This document shows positions 35,501 through 48,295 of a stretch of 64,000 bases of DNA, one piece after another (position 1 is the stretch's first letter; each line of letters starts with the position of its first letter). Below the pieces are notes generated by a model. That model had not been told where the DNA came from and did not search any database. It saw only the letters and a program-made list of their open reading frames with translations. The translations under genes were made by a program, and so were the position numbers. This stretch comes from Raillietiella orientalis (Eukaryota). The stretch spans positions 2,728,001-2,792,000 of the forward strand of contig JAYWIR010000016.1 in NCBI GenBank assembly GCA_036172245.1, in the 5' to 3' direction.

Positions 35501-38500
35501 CAAATGCCATTGCAGGAATCCGAGGAATGGACGGGCCACTTCGACATAGTTGCACTGGAAGCGCCTGCTGAGTTACGAGGACGATGACGACGACGACATG
35601 GAACGGACGGTTTCTGCCGTGCTGCCTCCACTGCTGCCGTTTCAATTTACCAGGTGCATGGAGAAAAGCTGACTATCTCTAACTTGTACAGCTTGAGCCG
35701 AGGACGTGCTGCAAAGCGCTCGTACGCGTAGTTTTATGGTTGAGAATCCCAGGGGAATAAGAGAAAAATCGAGGAAATTTTCGGCCTCAAGAGGACGAGG
35801 AAAAAATGAAGTGTTGCTGCGGATGTCCCGAAAAGAAATGAAAGAACCTACTCTTGCGCACACCCCTTCTCTTCATGCATCGAGTGAATACCGGATGTGC
35901 GGCCCGACGAAAAGTGGATAGGAACGAACCCTGGTGCGAAAGCGGAATGGGCAAGAGAGAAGAGGAAGGAAACGACCTCTACAGGAGCCGGACTGTGCGC
36001 ACTCCCTCCTCCGCCTCCTGGACCACATGCACAAGTCTCCCCTGCACGGCTACCGAACGTCCAAACGCGTGCATCTTGCACATGCTCCACAGGCGTCGCG
36101 CGCGTTGGCCGAGGGCTGCCACCACGTGTTCCGCGCCGCAAGAAACGGATGGCAAGTCCGACGTCCTCCGAGCGCGGCACGGCAAACACGGAACCGGGAA
36201 GACCACTAACGCGCAGGCGGAGCAGATGGTCCCACGGGACGATCGCACAAACGAACATGAAGGAGAGGGAGCCTCTGAGACGCGCGCGGGCTTGCGCGAG
36301 GGAGACGAGCCCCAAGGACTTCGCTATCTGACTGATAACCGGCTCGCACTTGCCGTGAGACACACCACCACTTCCCTCTGTGAGCGAAGAGACGCCCCTT
36401 CCCAGCTCACTGGAGACGGACACCATCGCTGTGGTGCTCCCCAGGCGGCGTCGCACAGGTGTATTCCCGTTGCGGCCTGTGGCCAAGAGAAAGACGCTAG
36501 GAAGAAGGTGCCTCAACAAATGAGCACAGCAAACAAACACGGGGGAAGGGAGAAGAAACAGGATGGAAACGGAGGCATCCAGGGAACCGCAGGAGACCTG
36601 TGCGACGCAGCACTACCAAGATAGTGGCGGAACAACACGGAATACGAAGGCGGATCGCGTGACGAGCACGCAGCAGAACGGGAAACGAGGCAAGCGCACG
36701 AACGCTTCCCTGCCACTTTTTATACGGCTGCAGGGCGAAGGAAGGATCACTAAGGTTTTCAGGAGCACAAGGACCAACCCTCGCGAGTGAGCGCACAGAA
36801 CGCCATCCCTCCAGAACGCAACGGGTATGACGGCTCCGAAAATCCAGGGAGAGTTTGGCCCGAAACACGAAGGCTGAGCACAGATGACTGCGCAAAAACA
36901 CGAATTCCATTGCCGAGGAAAGTCCACTGGAGTTAGGTGGTGGCTTTCCAGCCGAAAGAAAGGAGGGGCATCCACCCTTAAGACTTCAGAAAGCAATGAG
37001 GGCGTTCCCCCTGATTCCGTTGCTCATGATAAGAAACGTTCATTCACCTCCTCAAAGAGGACGGTGAGAGCACCAGACCGTCTTATTTCCTCCTCTACCA
37101 CAAAAAACAAGGGAGGAGGGAAGGGGGGGAAGTAGCTCCTCTGCAGAAGATGTACTACGTCCTTCCGCAAGACTTCTACCGCTCATTGGCTTGCTCGACG
37201 TGCAAGCACTTGGCAAGTTGCTGCAGTTTGCACGTGACCTCCAAAACCACACTTCCTTTCACGGGGAACGGTGCGAACGGAGGCGACAGAGGCGAAACTC
37301 CTAAATCGGGGACGAACGGGGCAACACGGGAGCAACTGACCCCATTCTCTCTCTCCACAAAGGGGCGGGGGCGTGTGCCGAGAGAAAGGCGCACGCTGGT
37401 TGAGACTGCCCGCCCGCTTCGCGTTGAATTACGTGGGCCGCAAAAGAGGCACCCCTACAATCCAAATAGTTGCCGAGCAAACGTCCTACCGAACAGTTAC
37501 GCACAAAATAGCTGAGCACGCCCACGGAGAGTGCAGGAAGGCACACCTGTCGCAGGAAAACGTGGCGTGCCGATGCGCCACTGCAACTGCTCGCCCGCCA
37601 CCGATACGCCATGTCTGGGAACGCTCGCAAGGAGAATGGGTGCATGCCGAATGGATGCCATGCGATGAGCAGAATCGATGGGGACGGGGGAGGGGGCACT
37701 CAGACGGGCATTTTGACGTGGGGGAGGACGAAAGGAAAGCTTTTTCATCGGGCGAAAGACCGAATGTTTTGAAGAAAGATCCCCGCAGCAGCAAGGGTGC
37801 ACCGACGTTATGCTCGGACTCACGGGAACGGACCGCCAAGCTCGTGAGACCGGGAAGCAAGCTCGGATGATGTGTTCGGAGAGCAGCTGTTAACGCTGAG
37901 CAACCGGTAGCACCAACAGCAGCAGTCCCCCAAAGACATGGTGCGTGGTTGTGACGAGGAAGAAGCGCACAAGGAACGAGCAGCGACGCAATTAGGAGCA
38001 GTGGAATGGGGAAGGGGGAGGTAGGGAGATGGGTTGAAGCAAGGGGATCCAACAGTTTTACCGTGCATCCATGGTGTGAGCAGTCTTTCCAGTAATTCGC
38101 CACGGAAAATTTTTTCCTCAACAGAACGGTGCAGCCATGGAGCAAAGCCTGCCCCACTCCCAGGCAGCCACCAGCTGTATGGTACAGAGGCAAGGGATCG
38201 TAAACAACATCGTCGTCACGCAAAGCGAGCATATTGTAGATGGCACGGGATACCGTAATGAACCTAAAAAGGAGAGGGATCACTTGCAAGCCGGCGGACT
38301 TCCGATCCTCATCCGAAGACCCGTTTTGCAGAGCTTCTAGGCGAGCACGCAACAGATTTTCGAGCGTGAGAGGGGTAACATGATCAGGACTCGTGGGTAT
38401 CTCGATACAGCATCCCCATAGACCTCGTTCCCATCTCGAGGACGTCTGGAGTTTCTCGAACGACGGCGACGGCACGAGTGGTGGGAATGCACGCGCGTAG

Positions 38501-41500
38501 TGAATGCTAAAGAGAAAACCCGCTAGGAGCCACTGTCCCGTCACCCCACTCGCCGCCATCAAAGGAAAACCGGGATCCGCCTTCCCTACGAAAAGCATGT
38601 TGGCAGGTAGGAGCCCCCCCTCCTCCTTCCTACAGCACGATTGCTTCCTGAGGTATGAGTGCGCGCGCACTAACGAAAACGACGGACCACTGGGAGCAGA
38701 AGTTTATCCAGATGATTCGTTGGCCCGTGGTTTCATCACGTGCCCTTGACAAGTATCCCAGAGAGAGTACAAGCGGCAGTACCGCACTGCATTCCAGAGA
38801 AGAAAAAGAAACCATTTCGAATACAGCGCGTGAAAAGGAAGCGATCCCTGTTGATGCACTCGCGTAAAAAATCACACGTGCATAGATAAGGAAGGAAACC
38901 CGCCGAACGGGGCTCCTATACACGGACTCTCATGGAACGGGAGAGAATATGCCCACGAGCGGATCATCTACGATCAAGGGGAGGGGGAGTTAAGGAATCG
39001 TGTGGCAGTTTTTTTTTTTTTTTGTGGCTATTTCTTAAACTGTTTTGCCTTTTGTTTTGCCCTTTAAGACAAACCTAAGGAAACTGGGATTTCTGCCATG
39101 CGAGCCGAGGTGTTCTGCCGGGAGCCGTCAGGAGACCTCCTCACTCGGCAAGAAACGCACGCGCCGCCAAGCCACGCTCTCTGAATGCAGCAGCGCTCTT
39201 TGCCTGCGTCCCCTGGGCGCTGCCTCCAGAGCGAAGCACAAGCTCCCACGGATGATTGAAGGGGGGAGAGGGGGGGGGGGGAGGGCAAAAGAAGGAACGT
39301 CCGCAGGTTTACCGATCTGCCATCGCGAAACCCGCTGCAGTCGACGTCTCGTTTTTCAGGGAAGAGCCAGAGGACACAGCTTGTCCATTGTGTTTTTAGC
39401 ACGTGCAACAGCAAGAAACGAAGAACCTTGCAGTGTTATAACGCAGCGAACGCATCCAGCAATCCACCTATCAGAGCTACGTATCGTCTTTCTTACAACG
39501 CTGGGATTCTCATTTTTCAGCTGCGATCAGCCAGTGGTGGGGATAATCGCGTGCCCAAATGAACGGGGATGCAGTACGCAATGCACGTGGTTAAAGCAAC
39601 GGCTACACTTTCACTTGGAAAAAAGGGCGTGCTTTCACTGCGTGCCATTGCAGAGAGGAGTAGGTAATTATTTAACCTCGTGTGTTTGATGATTGCTGCT
39701 TTAGGGAGCCCAGTGGTTCCAGATGTAAAAATGTACAGCAAGCTATGATGCAACATCAAGTTCTCCAAAGAAGGGCTTACGGAGGAGGCTGAACTTAATT
39801 CTCTGTCCAAAGATATCGCTGTGGAACTCGACGTTTCTTGCCCCAGCACATAAACTAGTGCCTTGGAATCCAGATGGTTTCTAATGCTTTCGAGTTCTAC
39901 GGAGAAGAAGCAGGAATGTAAAAGCAGAGTCATGAATACTGAAAAGCAAAAACACATACCGGAAAGAAGTTCCGATCCTGTAATGAGCGCCTTGCAGTTG
40001 GACACTTTCACGCAGTGTAACAGAGACGAAGAACGGAGATTCGAGTTGATTAGAGCTGTTACTACACCTACTTTGGAAAGGCCCAGCCAAATGCACACGA
40101 ATTCGGGCCTATTTTCCATAAACAAACCAACTACATCTCCGTGCACGTATCCTTTGGAGCGGAACAAGTTGGCAACCTTGTTGCTGTAATCTTCGACCTA
40201 ATAATAACAAAAAGAACAAAGGCGAGTTACGCGTTCCCAAGCATCTGCCATGTCGTTTACTTGCTGGAATGACCAAGAAGTATCATCATACTGGAAACAA
40301 GTCTTCCCGGGGCACTTGGTGACCCATTGCCGAAACAGTTTGGGCACAACAGCGTTCGTTTTTCCACATTTTCTTAAAAACAACTGCACTTTGAGGTACC
40401 TATAACTAGCTCTGAAAGAGGACAAAAAGAATCACTCTTGGCACAAGAACAACGAACTCAGACGGTTGCTGTCACTAACGAACAACGTACGGTACAACTA
40501 CATACACCAGTACAAATAACAATAAACTCTAAACCAACCTGTCGTATTAAGGTTTCGAAGGAACTGGGAGGCAGCCCTGTTAAGGCACACACGCTAATCG
40601 CTAGATGTATTCTCTTGTGTCGATGCAACAGACACGTACTCGTCTCAAAGAAGAACTGCTGTCATGCAAGCTGCTGATCGAGTTCAAATGACAGTCCGTG
40701 AATGTCATGCCCACGATGCAGGCAATCTCTGAGCATCCCCTTTATAGCGCGAATCCCGACGAAGCGTCCACTATCACAGAATCCCTTTGCAACCCACTCT
40801 GGGCACACTGTTCGCCACAGAGCTGTGGATTCCATAGGAATGATCACTCTGTCGGACACACTGCCACCAGCGTCAACAGCATCCTCCTTCCCTCACAAGT
40901 AGAATCCGGTACGGAAAGCGGCTGTGAACTTTTCATTCAGCATTTGACCGGAAGGAGCAACAGCTCGCAGGATCGCGCGCAGTGCCTGGGCATTACAGAA
41001 AATCATTTAGCGTTTGGAAAGACATTTTTGGAAAGCTGATCTTGGGTGGCATTTCGATCATCTACGGCTTCAGGACACAGACCAAGAATGATACTTTAGA
41101 ATGTTAGAATGATACTTAGAATGATACTTAGAATTATATTGTTAGAATGATACTTTCCTCAGAACAAGATCATACTGGAAGGGTCCACGAAATGGCTCTA
41201 TAGCAGATTCTATGTATCCTTAAGAAAGTGAACAAGAGACCACTGTGATTTCCGGTTTGCTTCAACGAGGAGTGCAGACATAAAACTGATGGATAAATGA
41301 CAACTCTGTCGTCAACAACAATATCAGCGTAACTGTATCGAAAAAAGTCAATGTGACCTCTGGTACGAAAAAAGTCGTTTCCAATGAATTAGATGATCGG
41401 CTTTCATCTCCAGAAACAAGCGATTCTACACAGCACAACAGCTAGCACGATGAGTGGTAGCAACCCATATGGACGTGCACAGAAGAAATATGTGTGCAGA

Positions 41501-44500
41501 CGTAGTTGACAAAAGACTAAGAAGACATCTTCGTCGAAGAGTGGCTGAACCATGTGTGGTGAGCCTCTCCTTTAACAGTTGGTTGTGCAATAGTTGGCAG
41601 TGACTGTCGAGAATTAGCAATACCACTGATGAAGACGGGCATCAGATTGAGACAGCGCAATCGTTGCCAACATCATCAGCAAAAAGAAACGTAAGCATCA
41701 TTCAAAAGACCGGTACGGAATGCATCACAGCATCACCAAACAAATAAAACGAATGAGCAAAATGGAAGAATGAGCAAAAGACTTTCTGGTGGTCATGAGT
41801 TGAACGCGCGTGTGGGGTTTGCCTAGGAAGAATCTCGTTTGGGGAAATGCTGATTTCTCTTGGTCGGCATCACTGCAACGACCAAGACAAATCGAGAGAA
41901 TTTCATACAGCTAAGCAGTCAGGCAGGTAAGCGAGGGAAGAGAGCGAAAATGGGAGGGGGATCAGACTGGCATCAACATCCGTTCCCCGCACCGCTTTCG
42001 ACGCTGTGAGACATACGCGCGCTCCGTGCAGGCTTAGCACCCGGTGCGTCCGTCTAAGGAAACAAAAAGCAATGCGTAAAAAGGAAAAGGCAAGCAACGC
42101 ACACCAAGATGCACAGAACCACTTTTATTGCCATTTGTACCGACTGTCGTCGGACGGGAAAGTTACCGAAACTTCTGCCGTTGGCACGGGGACCACCATC
42201 TCTTCGTTCGTAGAAGTGTTGATAATCGCGAAGGGCAATCAAAAAGTGCGGCTGACACAATGGCTTAATTTATGCAAATATTTGCAAGAAGTAGAGGGAC
42301 TCTTAGAAGGTTTCTGACGCACACCTGCACATATAAGATGCATACACGAGCGTCACTAAGATACCTTCCGATGTGGGAAATAGGGGAGCTGCACGCAATA
42401 GGTCATGCACCCATAAACGAAGCTGTTTGCCTGCCCTCTAGAGCCCAACCCAGCGCACGTTGCTACATCTGATGTTCAGGGATTTAGAGTGCCCAAAACC
42501 AAAGCGTCAGCCCATCTGTAGACTCGTCTCTCTTGCAGTGCTACGACAACCTCGCGTCCCTATTTGGTACCACCAGCCAAACTCTGCAGCCATCGAGCTA
42601 TCAAGAAGTTACGCGGAGCATTCGACGAATGGAAGTCGTCGGGGAGACGAGGAAACCAACTACGAAGTATTTTCCCCACATCTTTGTGAACACGTGCAAG
42701 GCGGCAAGATGCACACTGGTATGTGTTGCTAAGCTCGAAGAGCTCGCGGTCCCTCACCATTTATGCATCACGCAGAACCATGATCATCATCGTTACGACG
42801 AAAACATCACTTTTCCGTGCGGGCCAGTAGCTTGCCGTTTGGAGATGGCTGGCCGAAATGTTGATACGCTGCCTTTCAACGGGATCGGCCCCGTTCCAAC
42901 GAGCGTTTCATCCTTTGGGGGACTCCTTGCGGAGTTCTCCTTTTCTTAATGCTCCAGTGCCGAGCAGCGTTCATTAGTCTTTGAGAAGCTGAAAGCCATC
43001 CAAGCACACGTGACGCATGTGCAACCCTTACTGTGAAGACTTCCGTTACTTTACAGACATACAAACAGATACGATGGGGCGAAACGAATTCGTAACACAT
43101 GGAATAAAATGCGAAGTGCGCGCTGAATGTCCGAAATAACGTCACCCAGGGAGCCGCTTTTGCTGTTGGCATGCTTCATTCACTCCTTGAACACGGCAGT
43201 GTAGTATAACAGTAGAATACTGCTTCCACGATCGAAAGCATGGACGGCCGAGATCAAAAAAATCGCATGAAACACGAAAAAGTCAACAGAAAATGATTTT
43301 CATGCCCAAACCATGGAAAATCACTTAAACCTTTCTATTTGTAGAGGCTCATCTTTCGTGTGCAAAGCAGCGTCCAGGGTGTCTTTGTGTGTGTGTTCCG
43401 TCCTAAAATATGCTTATCACGTCAGAGACATCTTGCCATTAAGAACATGGTCAGTCTTTGATAAGGATGCTTTCTTGAAATACGCGAAAATACCGAAACA
43501 ATTCTGGAAAATAAATCTACAGCAAAAGCAACGAACGTCAAGCCATGTATTGGGGACCAATCGATGGATCGTCACGAGAAGCGTAAGAAAGAATGCGTGT
43601 GCTGTCGAGATGACTCGAAAGGGCCATCTGGGAAAGACCCAAAGCAGAAGTTTCCCCAATCTCCTGAGGTCTACTACTGTTAGAAAAGATGGTAATTCTC
43701 TTTAGCAGGTAATCTTGGCGCGTTTATGGAAACTGGGAACGACCAGGAAGAGGTCAGGCACAGAGCCTCACTCTTTCTTGCAGAGTAAAATCCAGCATCA
43801 GAAACCAAAGCTGTCAACTATTCCTACAAGCTGCAGGTGAGTACAGACTGCAACCATGCATGGTTTCTCGCCTTGGGATCATCAGGACGTCACGTGCTCC
43901 TGTTGTCTGGAATCCAAACGCTAAAGGCTGAGTAAAAACCATGGCCCGTTTCCAAAAGTGGCTTATTTTTTTGAGTCGTCGTCACCAGGAATCCAAAATG
44001 CACAGCTCTTCATGCCATGCTCTCAGGAGAGAACGTGGCCTTCGAGATCCCTCAAGTTGATGAAAAGTCATTCGATGGATGTCAGGAACCGCACTTTCGG
44101 ATATCGCTCGAGCAGTTCCTTGCTTCTTCAGCATAGCACTTGCAAAACTCCCTCGAGAAATGACACCATTCGTTTGAGCAGACTGATCGCTGGTTAGCGA
44201 ATGAGTTTTCTTATTAAAACCGTCTGCTTCTAGGTTTTTCCATTCATTCATTGGAGAAGATTTAAATCTGATCTTGGAAATTCATTAGAAATTTTCTTAT
44301 TTGCCATCAAACCCATTTGTGCCACAACTCCTCCGTCTCGTGTGACCACCTTCCTCTTCGTCCATAAAAGTCCTCGCTCACCTTTTTCCAGATCGGCAAC
44401 ACGCTTAAGCTTTAAGACGGATCTGCCCAAGTAACACCGTTCCACTGAATACCATCTAGATGGAGCTCAATGTAAAAAATGTCGAGGAAAAACTGATCAA

Positions 44501-47500
44501 CAGTGTATAACTATTTTTATCACAAGAAATAAGCTCGATTGAAAAAACGCGGACGTACAAAGTGCATTTCACATGTGTACATGCACGCTGTTCGCTGACG
44601 AGGCAAAAATGGAACTCTTAACACGAAATTGTATCTTAGCTGACACCTCAGCTGAGCCCTAACAGCTGCGAAGGAGACGATGTTTTACGCAACAACAGGT
44701 CGGTTAAGAGACGATGGAAAGATATCTTGATTCTCAGGTTAATGAGATGTTTGACTACGTTTAACCCAACTTTTTTTCTGCATTGATCCGCTTCAAATTT
44801 TCCACGCCGTTTCTCTCTCTCTCTCTCCCCTCCCCCCCCTTTCCTTCGTTGTCAGGAAAGTGGAGACGAATGATTTTTCAAATCATTCCTCGAAACTTCA
44901 CACACAAAAAAAAATAGAATGAGCTCACTTTTCGCTTGCCAATTTTTTCACGACTGTTTTTAAGCGTTGTACAACGATTCAAAGCGCAGAAACAGTTCGT
45001 GGAGTGACGCGCAAACGAGCACGAAAACACGGCTTCCTTGTAGACTACCAGCACAGCAACCACACGTATCATCAGGAACAGCCATCTTCTTCATCATGCC
45101 ATGTTCGCCATGATGCAAACAGAACAGTTTGCAACATGGTATCGATTATGGTGGGCGTAGGAATCGAAACTATGAGCGGAAAGATAGGATAGCAAGATTT
45201 GCAATGGAACCCTTGCACCTTCCCAACTGATGTAGAAGCACTTTCGAAAAGGTTTCCAGCAACATGGTACTTCGGAGACTGCGCAGGCAGTTTGGCACTG
45301 CACTTCGTTCCTCGCCAAAACTTCTCATTTTGGAACATGCAAGCCCTCTTACAAGAACTGTCGAATCTTCTTGAGATTCTGTGTATACACTGTACATTTT
45401 CATAAAAACAATCACGCGTCGATATTTTTCCCATTTCCTACGTTCGACATTACGGACCCAAATCCTTCCGATATTTATCCACGTGTATATTAACAACCCA
45501 AAGGGTCGAATCTGATGAAAATTATGGTTGTGATTTATACGGAACAAACAAGATGTGCAGTTTGAACAGTAGATTCCTTGGATATCTTCTTTTCTATTCT
45601 CTCGCATGCTTTCGTTTCATATGGGAACTGCTGCATTTGTTTTCATCTACCCAACTGGTAGAGAATAATTCCGTTAATTCAGCAAGTGCTCCCGTCAAAG
45701 ACCTTGGCAATGCACTCTAACTTGGAAAGATTTCCTTCTCAGGAAACTGCTGATTTGCTTTGTGACTCCCACCTCTCGAGCCGTGGACCGGCAACTACAC
45801 GCATTTTGCCGCGCCTGGTCTACCTAAATTTTCGATGAATCCACGCGAAATCATCGCCTCAAGACGATCATCGAAAATCATTGCATGATTCGATTCCATC
45901 GTACTTTTCTGGACCAATGATTCCATAAGAGGCATCAAACATCCTTCGGTTCAAGCGAGCCACCTCCTTCATCCACCGAAAGAGCCTTGCGACAAGACAC
46001 TGGGATACGCATCAGCAGCACTTGGGACGAAATTCGGAATCTGCTCAGATAACTCGTGCTCGGGTTCTCAAGTCTTGGTTCAAGCACGATAATGCCCTTG
46101 TAAAAAATAGTAATCAAATCAATACCATCATACCTTAGCATACGACGCTTCTGCAGTAACTACTTTGAAATGCAAGTTTTTAAATTGACTAACGCTATTT
46201 CGAATCACTTTCGAAAACAGCAAATAAACTGAAGCTTTCTATCAACCAAACTTGATGAGAGCAAAACCCATTTTAGTTGTCTTCTGTAAATCACGTTTTA
46301 AGCTTTGCAGTTCCCTGCCTGGAAGTGACGTAATAAGTAAGCTACTGTATTGCAACAGTACAGTAAATTATATGAAGGCGAATGCCTTCGTATAATGGCT
46401 TGTGCAAGTATCACTGCACTGAGTATGCACAAGACTTTGAATTGCATCATTAAAAAGTCGCTACAAAGTTACGAGACGGTTCTCGATAATTCCATGCACG
46501 TGGTTCCTCGATCCCCCTTCTGAATCCTAGATTTGGAAGTGCTTGATTTTTTTTTTTTTTTTCGTTTCTGCTTCTTACACTTTGTGCTTATGCACAGTGA
46601 CCGCGCGCGCGCAGCACCTATTCCTACCGGGTTTGAAGTCATCCCCAATCACGTTTCCTGCATACTGGCCTACTCCCAACGATGCGACAGCCGCCTACGT
46701 CCACGAGAACTGCCTGGAAACTTGAGGATGCAAAACCCAGAACAGTTTCCATGTAATAAGCTCTGCTCATGCGGTGCAAGGAAAGAAAAGCAACGGTCGC
46801 CAGCGCCTAAAGACAACGAGCAGGAAATTCGAAGCAAACGACTGCCGGGACGAAAACAAAATGAGAAAGAGTCTGCAAATTGCAAAAGATCACTCTCAAA
46901 GAGTCGCAAAACATGGTTTAGGGAAATCACTCCACTCAGTAGAAAACATAGGGCATTTGCTTTGAAAAGTGGGGAATAGAGGCAAAAGGGAGGGCATGGG
47001 GAAACGTGACGACGGTGTTTCTCCGAGCAGCACTTGCGTGGTCAGAATCTTGTAGGGTACGTGTGAGGAAGGCGGCTACTGCAAGACCCATGTGAAATAG
47101 AAAAAAATAGCGTGTCAACATTAGTTCCGAGAGCCTCTGGTAGATGCGAGCTGTTCCACGTGCATACTCTGGGATTTGGGTACACGAAGAGCTACTGCAC
47201 TTTGAAGGAAAATTTGTAGATAACGAAACAAATTGACAGTTGCAGAAAAAAGCAGGATCTATGTGACGAATTTCAGAACGATGTGCGAAAAAAAAAAAAA
47301 AAAAAGGAACTTTCGACTCGATATTTCTCCTATTTATTACGATAAGCAAGCCATGCATGATTCGTTACAGTGGGCAGCATCTGGCTATCCAACTCGGAGC
47401 ACTCCAATTTCACAAGCAGAAAATACAACAACAACAACAGAAAAAAATGAAATAAAAACAATACACCACCTATACAGTCACAGGTATTCTCAAACCGTAC

Positions 47501-48262
47501 ACTTTCATATGTTAGCGATTAGTTGACAATGCTGCGTCAAAGTGGCCACACGCTAAGGGCACTTTTTAAGATCTTTAAATACACGAACTGTTCGAGGTCT
47601 TTTCCTGAAGGACGCCACCTCGTCCTGAAAGAATTTTTTCCATGACGCTTTTCCAGTGGTTGACCTGAGAGCAGTCCAACATTTTAAAACGTATTTGCTA
47701 AATTGTCATGTCGGAAAAAACATACAAACATTCATACATATACATAATGTGCACCTTGATCCCCATCAGTTAAAAATGCACAGTCGTATTTTTAACAGAT
47801 AAAGATGGATAGATAATTTTATCAAAAGATAAATGCAATACTTTCTATCCGCCCGAGTACCCGACTTAGTCATAGCTAACAAAATTTCCTCTCGGTAATT
47901 GCAATTAAGGACACGGCAACTGCACAAATGTGCATGGTATTTCAAGTTAAAGTACATATTATGTATCTGCCCTCCAACATAATAAAAACTGTGTATACTG
48001 TTTTCGGTGTCCGTCTCGGAAACGCCACCATGCCGAATTATAGGCTTCCTTCCGAGGAAGCCGGCAAATCGTCGCAAATTCACTTCCAGAATCAACAACC
48101 TCGAATCCTGTACATAAATCGGTGTTCAATATTCAAAACAACGTGTCTGGCGTGTCGAGACACACTTTTGCATAAAGGGAACACCAGCCAAGAAAAAAAA
48201 TCGGTCAAAATCGATAATAAGCTTAAGTGCTGGGCGTTGAAAAGAGAGAGAGAGAGAAAAAA

Positions 48263-48295
<33 letters not shown>

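Noticed and set aside
41085..41156. CRISPR-like array
   Set aside because: A 12-nt head-to-tail tandem unit without unique spacers, in a eukaryotic context.
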